Shown here piece after piece: positions 44,915-54,191 of a stretch of 64,000 nucleotides of DNA. How positions within the stretch are numbered: the stretch's first letter is position 1; each line of letters opens with the position of its first letter. A model generated the notes under the pieces. The model was not told the origin of the DNA, did not search any database, and saw only the letters and a program-made list of their open reading frames with translations. This DNA is from an uncultured virus (IMG/VR IMGVR_UViG_3300026095_000001) (lineage: Duplodnaviria; Heunggongvirae; Uroviricota; Caudoviricetes; Crassvirales). Both the position numbers and the translations under genes were made by a program. The stretch lies in the IMG/VR virus record IMGVR_UViG_3300026095_000001; one strand, given 5' to 3'.

Positions 44915-45229
44915 TTATGGTTGAATAATAGCCCATATGTCACCGAAGGAGGTGGCCGTAGGACCGTTGAGAAATTTATACCGGATGCCTTCGTACTCTT
45001 GGTCAACGCCCGTGTTCTTCGGGTAGAGGATGCGTTCACCTGCCTGCACATAGGGCGCAACTTCATCGGATACCAGGATAACCGTGCCTTCCTCCAGCTG
45101 GCTGGAGTTGGACATGGGGATGATGATGCCGCGTATCTCCCGCTCCTTCGGCGGATCAGGCTTGACTAAAATTTTGGTGCCGATGGTTCGGATTTTGGGT
45201 GTATCTTGGTTCAATGAAATGGCCGCCAT
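44915..45229 (-). CDS. groES: Co-chaperonin GroES
   Basis: KILVKP...GIIIP...EGTVILV...VQAGERILY...G...Y..L...DIWAII. Confidence 0.85.
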   Translation of the reverse strand: MAAISLNQDTPKIRTIGTKILVKPDPPKEREIRGIIIPMSNSSQLEEGTVILVSDEVAPYVQAGERILYPKNTGVDQEYEGIRYKFLNGPTATSFGDIWAIIQP

Positions 45230-45528
45230 ATATTTTTACAAGAGTTGATGAAGAAGAGTATATTATCTCAACAGAGTTTCCGCATTATGTTATGATCGTG
45301 GTACTTGATCCGATGAGCAATGTGTTGCAATCGTTCCTGAAGGTGCACGTTCAGATAGCAGGGTACGCGATCTATGTTTGCTTTGTTCGATCGCTCAGTT
45401 CCAATTCGGTGGTATTGCATCCCAGCTTCAACAAGGCATTAGTAAAAGAAATGGAGAGATGCGCTTCGTGGTATCTAGTGAACATAATTGGGCAACGTCT
45501 CTCGGAATTCGAGCGCTTTGCGTTGTAG
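45214..45528 (+). CDS. Hypothetical protein
   Basis: MKWPPYIFTR...YIISTEFPHY; fills the gap between minus-strand genes. Confidence 0.55.
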   Translation: MKWPPYIFTRVDEEEYIISTEFPHYVMIVVLDPMSNVLQSFLKVHVQIAGYAIYVCFVRSLSSNSVVLHPSFNKALVKEMERCASWYLVNIIGQRLSEFERFAL

Positions 45529-45909
45529 CCGAAGCGCCAGGAAATTATTAATCAACACCACTTTTCTGCATACGCGTAGGTCTAGCGCATCGGCCCCTGC
45601 TTTATCAAACAACAGGTGAAGCGGTTTATTCTTCTTCTTAAACGCTTCCATTCTTCCCGTCCCATTACGCAACATGGACTTATATCTTCCCAGTTTATAC
45701 AGATAATCCTTGTAAGACATGTCCAGGTAGTGGCAGATGTCTTGCATAGCATACCCTCTCTCCGATGCAATCCCCACAAATACCAGTCGAGCCGTTTGAT
45801 AGGAATTTGATTCCCAATCGTACACCGTCTCCAGGCGCTTCGCCCCATCGTCCTTTAGCACGAAGTTGACACGTATGCCCGCTTCAATATCGTCCAGGGT
45901 GATGTTCAT
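45475..45909 (-). CDS. Hypothetical HTH-like protein (DnaA C-terminal-like)
   Basis: ARLVFVGIASERGYAMQDICHYLDMS. Confidence 0.6.
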   Translation of the reverse strand: MNITLDDIEAGIRVNFVLKDDGAKRLETVYDWESNSYQTARLVFVGIASERGYAMQDICHYLDMSYKDYLYKLGRYKSMLRNGTGRMEAFKKKNKPLHLLFDKAGADALDLRVCRKVVLINNFLALRLQRKALEFRETLPNYVH

Positions 45910-46379
45910 CGAATGTTTTGATACTGCCGATAAAAGGCGCTGGTAGTGCCTGGGTTGAGCATAATGGCAGGCGCTGTCACGCCCGGCAATTTGTCGGCGA
46001 CCGCCCGCAGCGGTATATATGGCGAATCATTGTATCCCCCCATTGGCCCTTGTGCGACCTGCTTCGTTTGCTGCAAGATATTGTCCACGACGGGGTCTTT
46101 GCTGCCGATATCATACAGGGATTGAATGCGCTTGTCCGCATTCTGTTTCAGCATATCCGGACGCTGATTGTAGATGGAGAGATGAGACAAGAGCTTTCCA
46201 GCTGTATCTGCTCCAAGATGCGCGCGCAAATAGGTAAACATTTTTCTAGCATCCTCATCCTGTAAGTTGGTGTAACCTTTGCCTACGAATGCAGATAAAA
46301 TGTCGCGTATATTGACAGAGTCTTCCGGACTAAGCCGGGGCATTGTCATTTGCGCCAAAGGTGGCGAAACGGGACCCAT
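45906..46379 (-). CDS. Hypothetical protein
   Basis: ATGA overlap. Confidence 0.65.
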   Translation of the reverse strand: MGPVSPPLAQMTMPRLSPEDSVNIRDILSAFVGKGYTNLQDEDARKMFTYLRAHLGADTAGKLLSHLSIYNQRPDMLKQNADKRIQSLYDIGSKDPVVDNILQQTKQVAQGPMGGYNDSPYIPLRAVADKLPGVTAPAIMLNPGTTSAFYRQYQNIR

Positions 46380-46413
46380 GATGTAAATTGAAAAAGATGA
46401 TAGATAGGCGAGA

Positions 46414-46431
46414 CAAATTTAATTAGATTTG
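46414..46431. promoter_or_regulatory. Back-to-back Bacteroidota -7 boxes
   Basis: TAAATTTG on minus (46414-46421) and TAGATTTG on plus (46424-46431) at the divergence of two operons. Confidence 0.65.
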
Positions 46432-46448
46432 CGACACAACAAAATAAA

Positions 46449-47072
46449 ATGGCAAAAATAATTTCTCCTCAGAACAATGTGATCGTGCAATTAGCAAAAA
46501 AACATGAGGACATGATACAGTGTGCCAATGGTATCATCTTGTACAAAGACACTACGTTCCATCCGGAAGAACATGTCATGATTGAAGCGAAAGTGATTTC
46601 GATACCGCGCAGCATTATTCGGCGAGCAGATTACGAAGGATACAGCGAGCTGCCTGACGTGGGCGACACCATTCTTACCCGCTATGATGTGGTATTTTCG
46701 TACGTGGATCAACCAGATAACGCAAATCCCATTTACAAGAACCTGTTTGATGTCGATGGGCAAGAGTATTGGATGGTCGATGTCATGCAGATTTTTGCGG
46801 TGAAAGAAACACATGGATACCGCATGCTCAACGGGTATGTAATGTGCGCAACAACCGCAGAGGGAGCGCCCGCGCATCAATTTTTGGTGTTGCCGGAATT
46901 CATGCAACTAAAAACACGCAAAGATCGCTTGCTGATACGGCATATCGGGGCGGGTTATTTCCGGGAAGGCGACATCGTCTTTTGCAATCCGCACATTGTA
47001 CAAGAGTACCGCACCTTCGATGATAGCTTCTGCATTGTGAAGCAATCCCACCTCCAGGCCATCTCCTTGTAG
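46449..47072 (+). CDS. GroES-like phage protein at the head of the structural operon
   Basis: AKVISIP...VGDTI...YWMVD..QIFAV; second half EGDIVF. Confidence 0.6.
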   Translation: MAKIISPQNNVIVQLAKKHEDMIQCANGIILYKDTTFHPEEHVMIEAKVISIPRSIIRRADYEGYSELPDVGDTILTRYDVVFSYVDQPDNANPIYKNLFDVDGQEYWMVDVMQIFAVKETHGYRMLNGYVMCATTAEGAPAHQFLVLPEFMQLKTRKDRLLIRHIGAGYFREGDIVFCNPHIVQEYRTFDDSFCIVKQSHLQAISL

Positions 47073-47147
47073 ATTTCCTTGTAGCATTTTAGGGTGAACC
47101 TGGCAGTTAATTCAGCCGGGCGTCTCCCGGCTGGGCTAATTTTAGCC

Positions 47148-47831
47148 ATGGCCCTCGACGAGGATTACGCATTCCTGGACTTTTGGATCAATAAGTACTT
47201 CGGGACTTATTACAGTCCAGAAGAGAAGGACTTGATCGTCGATCGGGCGCAGATGTCCCTCTTTAACGATTATTACGATCGTTTTGGAGCCAGTCAGCGC
47301 CTGAATGACGCTTTAGCGCCTTTCAAACGCGAGTTTGTTTTCACGAATGTCACGTCCCCGGCCGGGCTCATCATACTGCCTGACGAATATCAAAATTTGT
47401 TGAGCGTATACACCATTGTTCAGGATGCCAGTACAGGGCTGGCCGTAAACCGCCCTGTGCCCATCTTGAACGAGGATGAAAAAGTAGCGCGGGATAATAG
47501 CCAAATCTATCCGCCTACCCTATGGGACCCCTATGGCATGGTCGTGCAGAATTGGGATGTCCAGCTATTCCCGGAAGTTCCAATGGCAGGCAAGGTGTAT
47601 TACCTCACGCGACCTGTCGCTCCAAAGTTCGCTTACTACATCGTAAGTGGCCGTGTGATCGTGTACGATCCTGTCAATTCGGTACAACTCGAATGGGCGG
47701 AAAAAGACAAGAACTCCATTCTCATCAAAGCGCTCTCTTACATTGGTATCAATTTACGCGAACAGGATGTCGTGCAGTATGCTGAAATGAAGAGCGGGCA
47801 AAATTTGGGTAACTCTCCCGATAAAATTTAA
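47148..47831 (+). CDS. Putative tail ring/adaptor protein
   Basis: RAQMSLF...YLTRP.APKFAY...Y.P.NSVQLE...L.YIGINLRE..V.Q; structural context. Confidence 0.65.
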   Translation: MALDEDYAFLDFWINKYFGTYYSPEEKDLIVDRAQMSLFNDYYDRFGASQRLNDALAPFKREFVFTNVTSPAGLIILPDEYQNLLSVYTIVQDASTGLAVNRPVPILNEDEKVARDNSQIYPPTLWDPYGMVVQNWDVQLFPEVPMAGKVYYLTRPVAPKFAYYIVSGRVIVYDPVNSVQLEWAEKDKNSILIKALSYIGINLREQDVVQYAEMKSGQNLGNSPDKI

Positions 47832-47833
47832 AC

Positions 47834-48493
47834 ATGGTCACGAAGGGACGTTTAGCCGAAGAAATCTTGCTGCTCCTAAGCGGAGGACGGATCGGCAATG
47901 CGACCAAGTACCATATCAATGAAATAAAGATCAGTTTGTGTCAGGTGTGCAATCAGCTGCTGAAGCTGGAGTACATGAACACGCTGCCGCTGGGTGATAT
48001 GATCCCCAACGGCGCGGCGATCGCCACCTATGAAAATATCCTCGTGACGCAATGGAGCAACACGAGCAAGATTACGTTGCCGGCATTGCCGTTGCGGTTG
48101 CCCCGCAACATGGGCGTGTATCAGATATTCAGCCAGTCAGACTATTTCAGTGAATTCATACCCCTCCAGCTGGGAGAGGCGGGATTGATCCGCAGCCAGG
48201 GATTGGTAAGTGATCTATCAGGGAGCATCGGCTACGAAACGGCGGGTATGGATGTCGTCTTTACGCGTGACCTCACGATCCCTAACACCTCCGTTTACCT
48301 GACCGTGCGGCTGGTGATCCTGGACTTCAGCCAATACGGCGACTACGATCCGTTACCGATCCCGCCAGAAATGGAATGGACGATCAAGCAAGAGGTAGTG
48401 AAACTGTATACAATCGAGAAGGTACCGGATAAATTGGTTGAGCCACTGGTCAAAGAACCCGGACCACCGACAACGCAACAAATGCAAGCGTAA
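47834..48493 (+). CDS. Putative tail ring protein
   Basis: Context; D.LPIP..ME..I...V C-terminal pattern. Confidence 0.6.
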   Translation: MVTKGRLAEEILLLLSGGRIGNATKYHINEIKISLCQVCNQLLKLEYMNTLPLGDMIPNGAAIATYENILVTQWSNTSKITLPALPLRLPRNMGVYQIFSQSDYFSEFIPLQLGEAGLIRSQGLVSDLSGSIGYETAGMDVVFTRDLTIPNTSVYLTVRLVILDFSQYGDYDPLPIPPEMEWTIKQEVVKLYTIEKVPDKLVEPLVKEPGPPTTQQMQA

Positions 48494-48494
48494 T

Positions 48495-48788
48495 ATGACT
48501 AAATATGTTGAAATAGCCATACGGAATGATGGCGTTGACCACCGCTTTAAGATCGAAGCCGGCGAGGTCGATGCGCAAGAGCTGACAAAAGAGGCGATGG
48601 AGGAGTGGACCAAAAATCGTTTTGACTATCGAAATAACGATAATCAGGTTGTTGTGTGGAAATGGTACCAGTATTCGGAGGCCGAGGCGAAAATTCTTTG
48701 GAGAAATGGGGTGTTGTTAAGTGCAAGCATTCCTAAAAACGAATCGTGGGAGACCTTTAATCTCAATCATGGTATACCAATCCCTTGA
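48495..48788 (+). CDS. Hypothetical protein
   Basis: MTKYVEIAIRNDG..., inserted between ring genes. Confidence 0.55.
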   Translation: MTKYVEIAIRNDGVDHRFKIEAGEVDAQELTKEAMEEWTKNRFDYRNNDNQVVVWKWYQYSEAEAKILWRNGVLLSASIPKNESWETFNLNHGIPIP

Positions 48789-49530
48789 TAACATCACGCG
48801 ATCGGTGCTCTTGCAAAAGGGCCTGCCGTTGCATTGGTATGTACAGTTCCTGAAATACGCAGCAGACTGTTACCGGGAACTGTGCTACGATAGCATGCGT
48901 GCTATCAACACGGTGACGCTGACGATCGATCAACGCAACTTCGCGGCGAACCTGCCATGTGATTATGTGGATTGGATCAAGATAGGGGTGCCGCAAGGAC
49001 AGTTTGTGCAGCCTCTAGTGCAGCGGCTGACGATCAACCGGCTCACACAATATACGCCCACGGGACAACCTACCAGCTACGGCGATCCCAACACGGTGAA
49101 CATGGATTTTCCTTTCTGGCCAGGATACTGGATGTTTCAAAACATTGACGACCTGGGTGAGAATGTAGGGCGACTGTATGGATACAATACCGCGTTTACG
49201 AATAACACGTTCAAAGTAATTCCGGAGAGGGGGCAGATTCAGTTCTGCGAAAGCTTAGGGCAGAATGTGTGCGTGCTGGAATACATCTCCAGCGGACAGA
49301 CCATGAGCAACGCAACGAAGATCGATCCGCTGGCGCAAGCTGCCATAGAGTCGTACATGGATTGGAAATATAAGTTACACTCTAAACGATTTTCTCCAGG
49401 AGAGGCAGAGCAGGCATTCGCACATTATAAGATCGAGCTGCGAAGATTTCGCGCCAGGAAGTCGGATATAACGCCCTGGGATATCAGACAAGCGATTTAT
49501 AGGACATATATGGCCGCTCCAAAAACATGA
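48769..49530 (+). CDS. Putative tail ring/structural protein
   Basis: ELCYD...LPCDYVDWIKIG...GQIQF...VLEYISSG...A.AAIESY. Confidence 0.7.
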   Translation: MVYQSLDNITRSVLLQKGLPLHWYVQFLKYAADCYRELCYDSMRAINTVTLTIDQRNFAANLPCDYVDWIKIGVPQGQFVQPLVQRLTINRLTQYTPTGQPTSYGDPNTVNMDFPFWPGYWMFQNIDDLGENVGRLYGYNTAFTNNTFKVIPERGQIQFCESLGQNVCVLEYISSGQTMSNATKIDPLAQAAIESYMDWKYKLHSKRFSPGEAEQAFAHYKIELRRFRARKSDITPWDIRQAIYRTYMAAPKT

Positions 49531-49931
49531 TGCAGCCACTACAAGCCATACAAGGGAAAGAGCAGGCCGAAGAGGATGCCAAGATTCCAAAGGCCGTTGC
49601 CCTCTACATCAACAAGGGCGGCAAGTACACGTGTGCGGAATGCGTATTCTACAAAGAGAAGAAATGTGCACTGTACGGCCCTACGGTTGCGATACAGCCC
49701 TACGGCGGCTGCAATCTCTGGGTAAAAGGCACAGCCGCTGTTCCATGGATCGGCGGCGTTACGAAGAGAGAGACGGGGTATATGGAAAACAAAGAAGGGT
49801 TCTCGTGCAAACGTTGCGAAGAGTTCATCCCGGAAAAAAGAGCTTGTGAAAAGATCAACAAGAATTCTCCCGGTGATGATCCGGGGCAAATAAGCCCGAA
49901 CGGGTGTTGCAACCGATGGGAGAAAAAATAA
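49527..49931 (+). CDS. Protein with two HiPIP-like Cys motifs
   Basis: CAEC..C...PYGGCNLW and CKRC...C...ISPNGCCNRW. Confidence 0.6.
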   Translation: MMQPLQAIQGKEQAEEDAKIPKAVALYINKGGKYTCAECVFYKEKKCALYGPTVAIQPYGGCNLWVKGTAAVPWIGGVTKRETGYMENKEGFSCKRCEEFIPEKRACEKINKNSPGDDPGQISPNGCCNRWEKK

Positions 49932-49953
49932 CCGCCATTGAAGAGTGGCGGTT
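49930..49953 (+). terminator. Hairpin, possible terminator
   Basis: AACCGCCA-N8-TGGCGGTT. Confidence 0.4.
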
Positions 49954-50009
49954 GTAAACCCTTTGAAAAAAATCTGTAGATAATTTCCAGGACTAATTTA
50001 ACTATTTCA

Positions 50010-53000
50010 TTGCAAAAGGAAAAAAAATATTGGGAAGCGTACCTGAATGCTGATGACGCCGATGCATTTATTCAATTCACGGAGTACATCAACATGAAAG
50101 ACATGCGTTTCGGCATAACGAGCGATAAGGGCTTTGCGAAGCAGCTGGAGCTCGTGGGCGGAACGGAGGTAATCAGCAATGCACAATTGCCGGTTGCCAA
50201 TAACATTTGCATTGGGGTTGCGCATGATTATGCCAATCGCCGTATTATCTATTTTACCACATCGACGGAACACATTGACCGCATCTTTTGCTATGAATAC
50301 ATAGGGGATATTGTGTATGTCGTGCTCAAGGGGGAAGATGTAACCGGTGGCTTGAATTTCGATAAAGACCATCTCATCCACAGTGCACGGGTAGAAAATG
50401 GGTGTGTGTATTGGACCGACAACCTCAACGAACCCAGACGCATTAATATAAACGCCGGTATCCATACCTATCAAAGCGCCTACACCGATGTAGACCCCTA
50501 TACCATTCCGATTGCACGATCCGTGGTGTCTTGGATTAGGCGGCAGCCGGGCCTGCCGCCCAATGAGCTGAAGGTGCAGCAGACGGTCCCTGTCGTCGCG
50601 GCCAATCAAATTGCCAATGAGGCCTTTACGTTCGCTTATCGGTATGTGTATCGGGATTTCGAATTGAGCACGCTTTCGGGGCAGTCGCTCCTGGCCAATT
50701 ACAATGCAGAGGGGAGTCTGTACAACGCGATAGATATTACCATTCCGTTGGGCGAACATATAGAGCAGGATGTCATCCAGGTTGATTTAGTGGCCCGCTA
50801 TATGGTGAGCGGAATATTCTTCGTCATCAATAGCTGGGACAAAAATATTCCAGCAGATGCGGCGGCGATCGCTGCGCACAATGCCGGAACGACCGCATTG
50901 ACCTATCGGTTCTACAATGACCGGGCTGGCATTGCCTTGGATACAAGCTACAGCAACAAGATATTTGATTCGGTGCCGCTAGGTTGTGAGACACTGGAGA
51001 TGGCGAAGAGTCGCGCGTTTTTGGGGAATTATTACATCGGTTATGATACACCCATTACAACGTCGCTGGCTTTTACCACCAGCTCCATTACGTTTACCGG
51101 CTCGGGCGCGAGCATTACCGGGGAATGGTTCCTATTGCATTATCAAACCATCGCGCCGAATTTCGCCGGGTCCGCTTATCTGCTGTATACGACACACAAT
51201 TTCGGAGGCAATCCGCCCACGGGCACCTATTGGTATACCTGGAACGCTGGTACGGTCCCTCCCTTTCCGGCGAGTGTCAACTTTTCTGACCTGACGTATC
51301 GGGGTGCTACCTTCACGCAAATGGTGAATAGCTTTTTGGGCGGCGCCATTGCCATCGCTCCAACAGGTTACACCGATCAGTCGGCCTCCAGCATTATCGT
51401 GTCAGGTACGACGCCTCCGTCTCCCGTAGTGGGCAATACGTTTAAATCCAATGCTGCCTACCAATTGTCGATAAGCTTCAAGGACTTTGCGGGAAGGGAG
51501 TGCGGTATTTTATCCAACTCGACATTATTGCTCCAAACACCCGACACAGGGCTGTCCGCCAACACGTATATTAATGCGATCAACTGGACCTTAAGTAACA
51601 GCAATGCTTTGGCAGAAATACCGGATTGGGCGTATGCCTACTCCATCAACATCACCAAGTGTCTTCGCACCCGGTTCTTCCTGCAATCGCTGGGAGTGAT
51701 CATATACGCAGGAAAGGATACGAATAACCTGTACACTTTTACGACGACTACCTATAGTAGCGACCTTGTTGGAGTGGCCATTGATCTTACGTTTCTGACA
51801 ACGCACGCGCAAGGCTATGTGTTCGCCCAGGGAGATACGGTCGAGCTGTACGTCAATGGCGCGCTGTACAATCTCTCTATTATTGCACAATCTGCCCAGT
51901 GGATTATCTGTCAGCTCGTCGATGTTGGGAGCCTTAGTGCGACGACGGGACTTTTTGAAATCTATACTCCTTACCAACGGCAAGCCAATGAACCCTATTT
52001 CGAAGTGGCACAGATATATGCTGTGAACAATCCCGGAACGTCATCCCGCGCCTACAGCGCGTTGACAGGCGTGATAACGGGGGATGTATACATTTTCCAA
52101 CGGATAAATTCGTCCATTACTTATTTCACGGAGGGAATGTCGGATAACGATAAATTCTACCTGAACTGGTTCACGAATAGCGGGCGGCCTGATTTTGTGG
52201 ACCACATCGGGCAGGTGTCGAAACCTACCTCGATTGCCTACAGCAACACCTTTATTCCGGGCTCGCAAAATAATGGCCTGTCGACCTTCGACGCTTTGGA
52301 TACCTCGGACCTGTCTCCGGACTTCGGTCCCATATCAAAATTACAGCTTAGTAGCAAGGTGTCGAAGATCGGAACGGTCATGTTGGCCATATGCAGCGGG
52401 CCGACGACGGCATCGATCTACCTGGGGGAAAATACGCTGATCAGTCAGACAGGTGATGCCGTCATCGCGCAGGCGAACACGGTGATAGGTTCTATCCATG
52501 AGCTGAAGGGAGATTATGGCACGTTGAACCCTGAAAGCGTGGTAGAATTGCGGGGTGATATCTATTGGTTTGATGCGCAAAACGAAAAGGTCATTCAATA
52601 CGCGGACAATGGATTGTTTCCGATCAGCAAATACAAGCTAAGCCGTTTCTGGAAGCTTTTCTCGGATCAATACAAATCGCTGACAGCTGCACAGATTGAA
52701 GCGCTGGGGAGTCGCCCTTTTGTTTTTGGTTCAGCCGATCCGCATCACAACGAAATACTGTTTACCGTTCCCCGCACGCTGGCTGATCCGCCGCTGGGAT
52801 ATCTCCCCGACGATCCTAGTACGCCCTATCCTTTCGATATATGGGATGGGCAGGGGAAGACGCTGGTCTATAAGCTCGACCCACAGCCCAATAGGTGGCA
52901 AGGCTCGTATAGTTTCCAAGCGGAATACATGTTTTACCTGGAGAACAATCTTTTTTCCTTTAAGGAGGGACAGCTGTATCGGCATAATAGCTCGGTAATC

Positions 53001-53387
53001 TATTGTAATTATTATGGTGTCCAATATACACCCGCTGTCATGGACCTATCCAACCAGCAACTTAACAAGCCAAAAGTATACAACAACTTCAGCGTGGAAG
53101 GGAATACGCCTCCATCCAGGGTCTATTTCATGACGCGGTATCCCTTCATTCAGGCCAGTGATTTGGTGACAAGTGATTTCGCGGAGAAGGAGGGAGTTTG
53201 GTATGCAACCATCTACAGGAACAAGCTGGACCCAGCCTTTACATCACCTGAACAGGCGTTGATCGCAGGCGAGAAGATGCGGACGACGGCTTTGTATATC
53301 ATGACGCAGTGGGACGCCACGCAAGGGCTGGTACAAGCGAAATTTCTTAACATAGGCTATACCGTGAGCCTGGGGCAACCGGTATAA
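50010..53387 (+). CDS. Tail muzzle/stabilization protein (crAss muzzle, P22 gp10-like)
   Basis: 1125 aa; LNF......YWTDNLNEPRRINI, FAYRYVY.D, GDYG..NPES, YWFD, KEGVWYA; TTG start. Confidence 0.75.
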   Translation: MQKEKKYWEAYLNADDADAFIQFTEYINMKDMRFGITSDKGFAKQLELVGGTEVISNAQLPVANNICIGVAHDYANRRIIYFTTSTEHIDRIFCYEYIGDIVYVVLKGEDVTGGLNFDKDHLIHSARVENGCVYWTDNLNEPRRININAGIHTYQSAYTDVDPYTIPIARSVVSWIRRQPGLPPNELKVQQTVPVVAANQIANEAFTFAYRYVYRDFELSTLSGQSLLANYNAEGSLYNAIDITIPLGEHIEQDVIQVDLVARYMVSGIFFVINSWDKNIPADAAAIAAHNAGTTALTYRFYNDRAGIALDTSYSNKIFDSVPLGCETLEMAKSRAFLGNYYIGYDTPITTSLAFTTSSITFTGSGASITGEWFLLHYQTIAPNFAGSAYLLYTTHNFGGNPPTGTYWYTWNAGTVPPFPASVNFSDLTYRGATFTQMVNSFLGGAIAIAPTGYTDQSASSIIVSGTTPPSPVVGNTFKSNAAYQLSISFKDFAGRECGILSNSTLLLQTPDTGLSANTYINAINWTLSNSNALAEIPDWAYAYSINITKCLRTRFFLQSLGVIIYAGKDTNNLYTFTTTTYSSDLVGVAIDLTFLTTHAQGYVFAQGDTVELYVNGALYNLSIIAQSAQWIICQLVDVGSLSATTGLFEIYTPYQRQANEPYFEVAQIYAVNNPGTSSRAYSALTGVITGDVYIFQRINSSITYFTEGMSDNDKFYLNWFTNSGRPDFVDHIGQVSKPTSIAYSNTFIPGSQNNGLSTFDALDTSDLSPDFGPISKLQLSSKVSKIGTVMLAICSGPTTASIYLGENTLISQTGDAVIAQANTVIGSIHELKGDYGTLNPESVVELRGDIYWFDAQNEKVIQYADNGLFPISKYKLSRFWKLFSDQYKSLTAAQIEALGSRPFVFGSADPHHNEILFTVPRTLADPPLGYLPDDPSTPYPFDIWDGQGKTLVYKLDPQPNRWQGSYSFQAEYMFYLENNLFSFKEGQLYRHNSSVIYCNYYGVQYTPAVMDLSNQQLNKPKVYNNFSVEGNTPPSRVYFMTRYPFIQASDLVTSDFAEKEGVWYATIYRNKLDPAFTSPEQALIAGEKMRTTALYIMTQWDATQGLVQAKFLNIGYTVSLGQPV

Positions 53388-53475
53388 AAATGGCCCGCAT
53401 AGACATGCAGGCCGAATAAAAAAATTTACAATCAATGAATGAACAAATATACAAACAATTCTAAAATAAACCACA

Positions 53476-54186
53476 GTGGACCCCTTCAGTTTAATATCGG
53501 CAGGTGTCGGAGGCCTGGGTGCCATCGGCGGGATCGTCAACATGTTCACCAGTGGAAGCCGCTTGAAAAACCTGATGTCGCAGGACCCGACCTATACCGC
53601 CAACCCCGTAGCCGCGCAACGGCTGGGACTGGCCAATACCTTATTGAATGCCCGGATGCCGGGCGCGACGGCCATGGAACGAAACATCTATGGGAATCAG
53701 GCCAATCAGCTGGCGAACGTGAACCGCAATGCCACGGACTCCTCGCAGGCGCTGGCGATGGGAGCCGCAGCACAAGGACAAACAAATCAAGCCTTTCAAA
53801 ATCTGTCGACCCAGGAGCAGCAAGACTATTACAATCGTCTCCAAAACCTGACGGGAGCCCAGCAAGGCATGATTGCGGAAGGCGATAAGGTGTACCAGGA
53901 TAAGGTACGTCGCTTCCAGGATATGGCAGGGCTTACTGGAGCCGGGATGCAGAACACCCAGCAAGGCTGGAACAGCATTGCTAATCTAGGATTTGGAGGC
54001 GCCTCGCTGGCCTCGCAGTTTGCCATGATGCGGCAACCGCAGGCATCGAGTGCCATGCCGTATAGCAATAGCTATATGGGCATGCAGCCGGTAAGTCAGG
54101 GAGGCGGAGTTGGGCAGGGTTACATGCCGGGCGGCGGCATGGGCTATATCAATCCGTATCAGAACCAAGGAATATTTGGACAATAA
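53476..54186 (+). CDS. Putative ejection/pilot protein
   Basis: Gly/Ala/Gln-rich with hydrophobic GG-rich N-terminus; follows the muzzle gene. Confidence 0.65.
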   Translation: MDPFSLISAGVGGLGAIGGIVNMFTSGSRLKNLMSQDPTYTANPVAAQRLGLANTLLNARMPGATAMERNIYGNQANQLANVNRNATDSSQALAMGAAAQGQTNQAFQNLSTQEQQDYYNRLQNLTGAQQGMIAEGDKVYQDKVRRFQDMAGLTGAGMQNTQQGWNSIANLGFGGASLASQFAMMRQPQASSAMPYSNSYMGMQPVSQGGGVGQGYMPGGGMGYINPYQNQGIFGQ

Positions 54187-54191
54187 TATCT

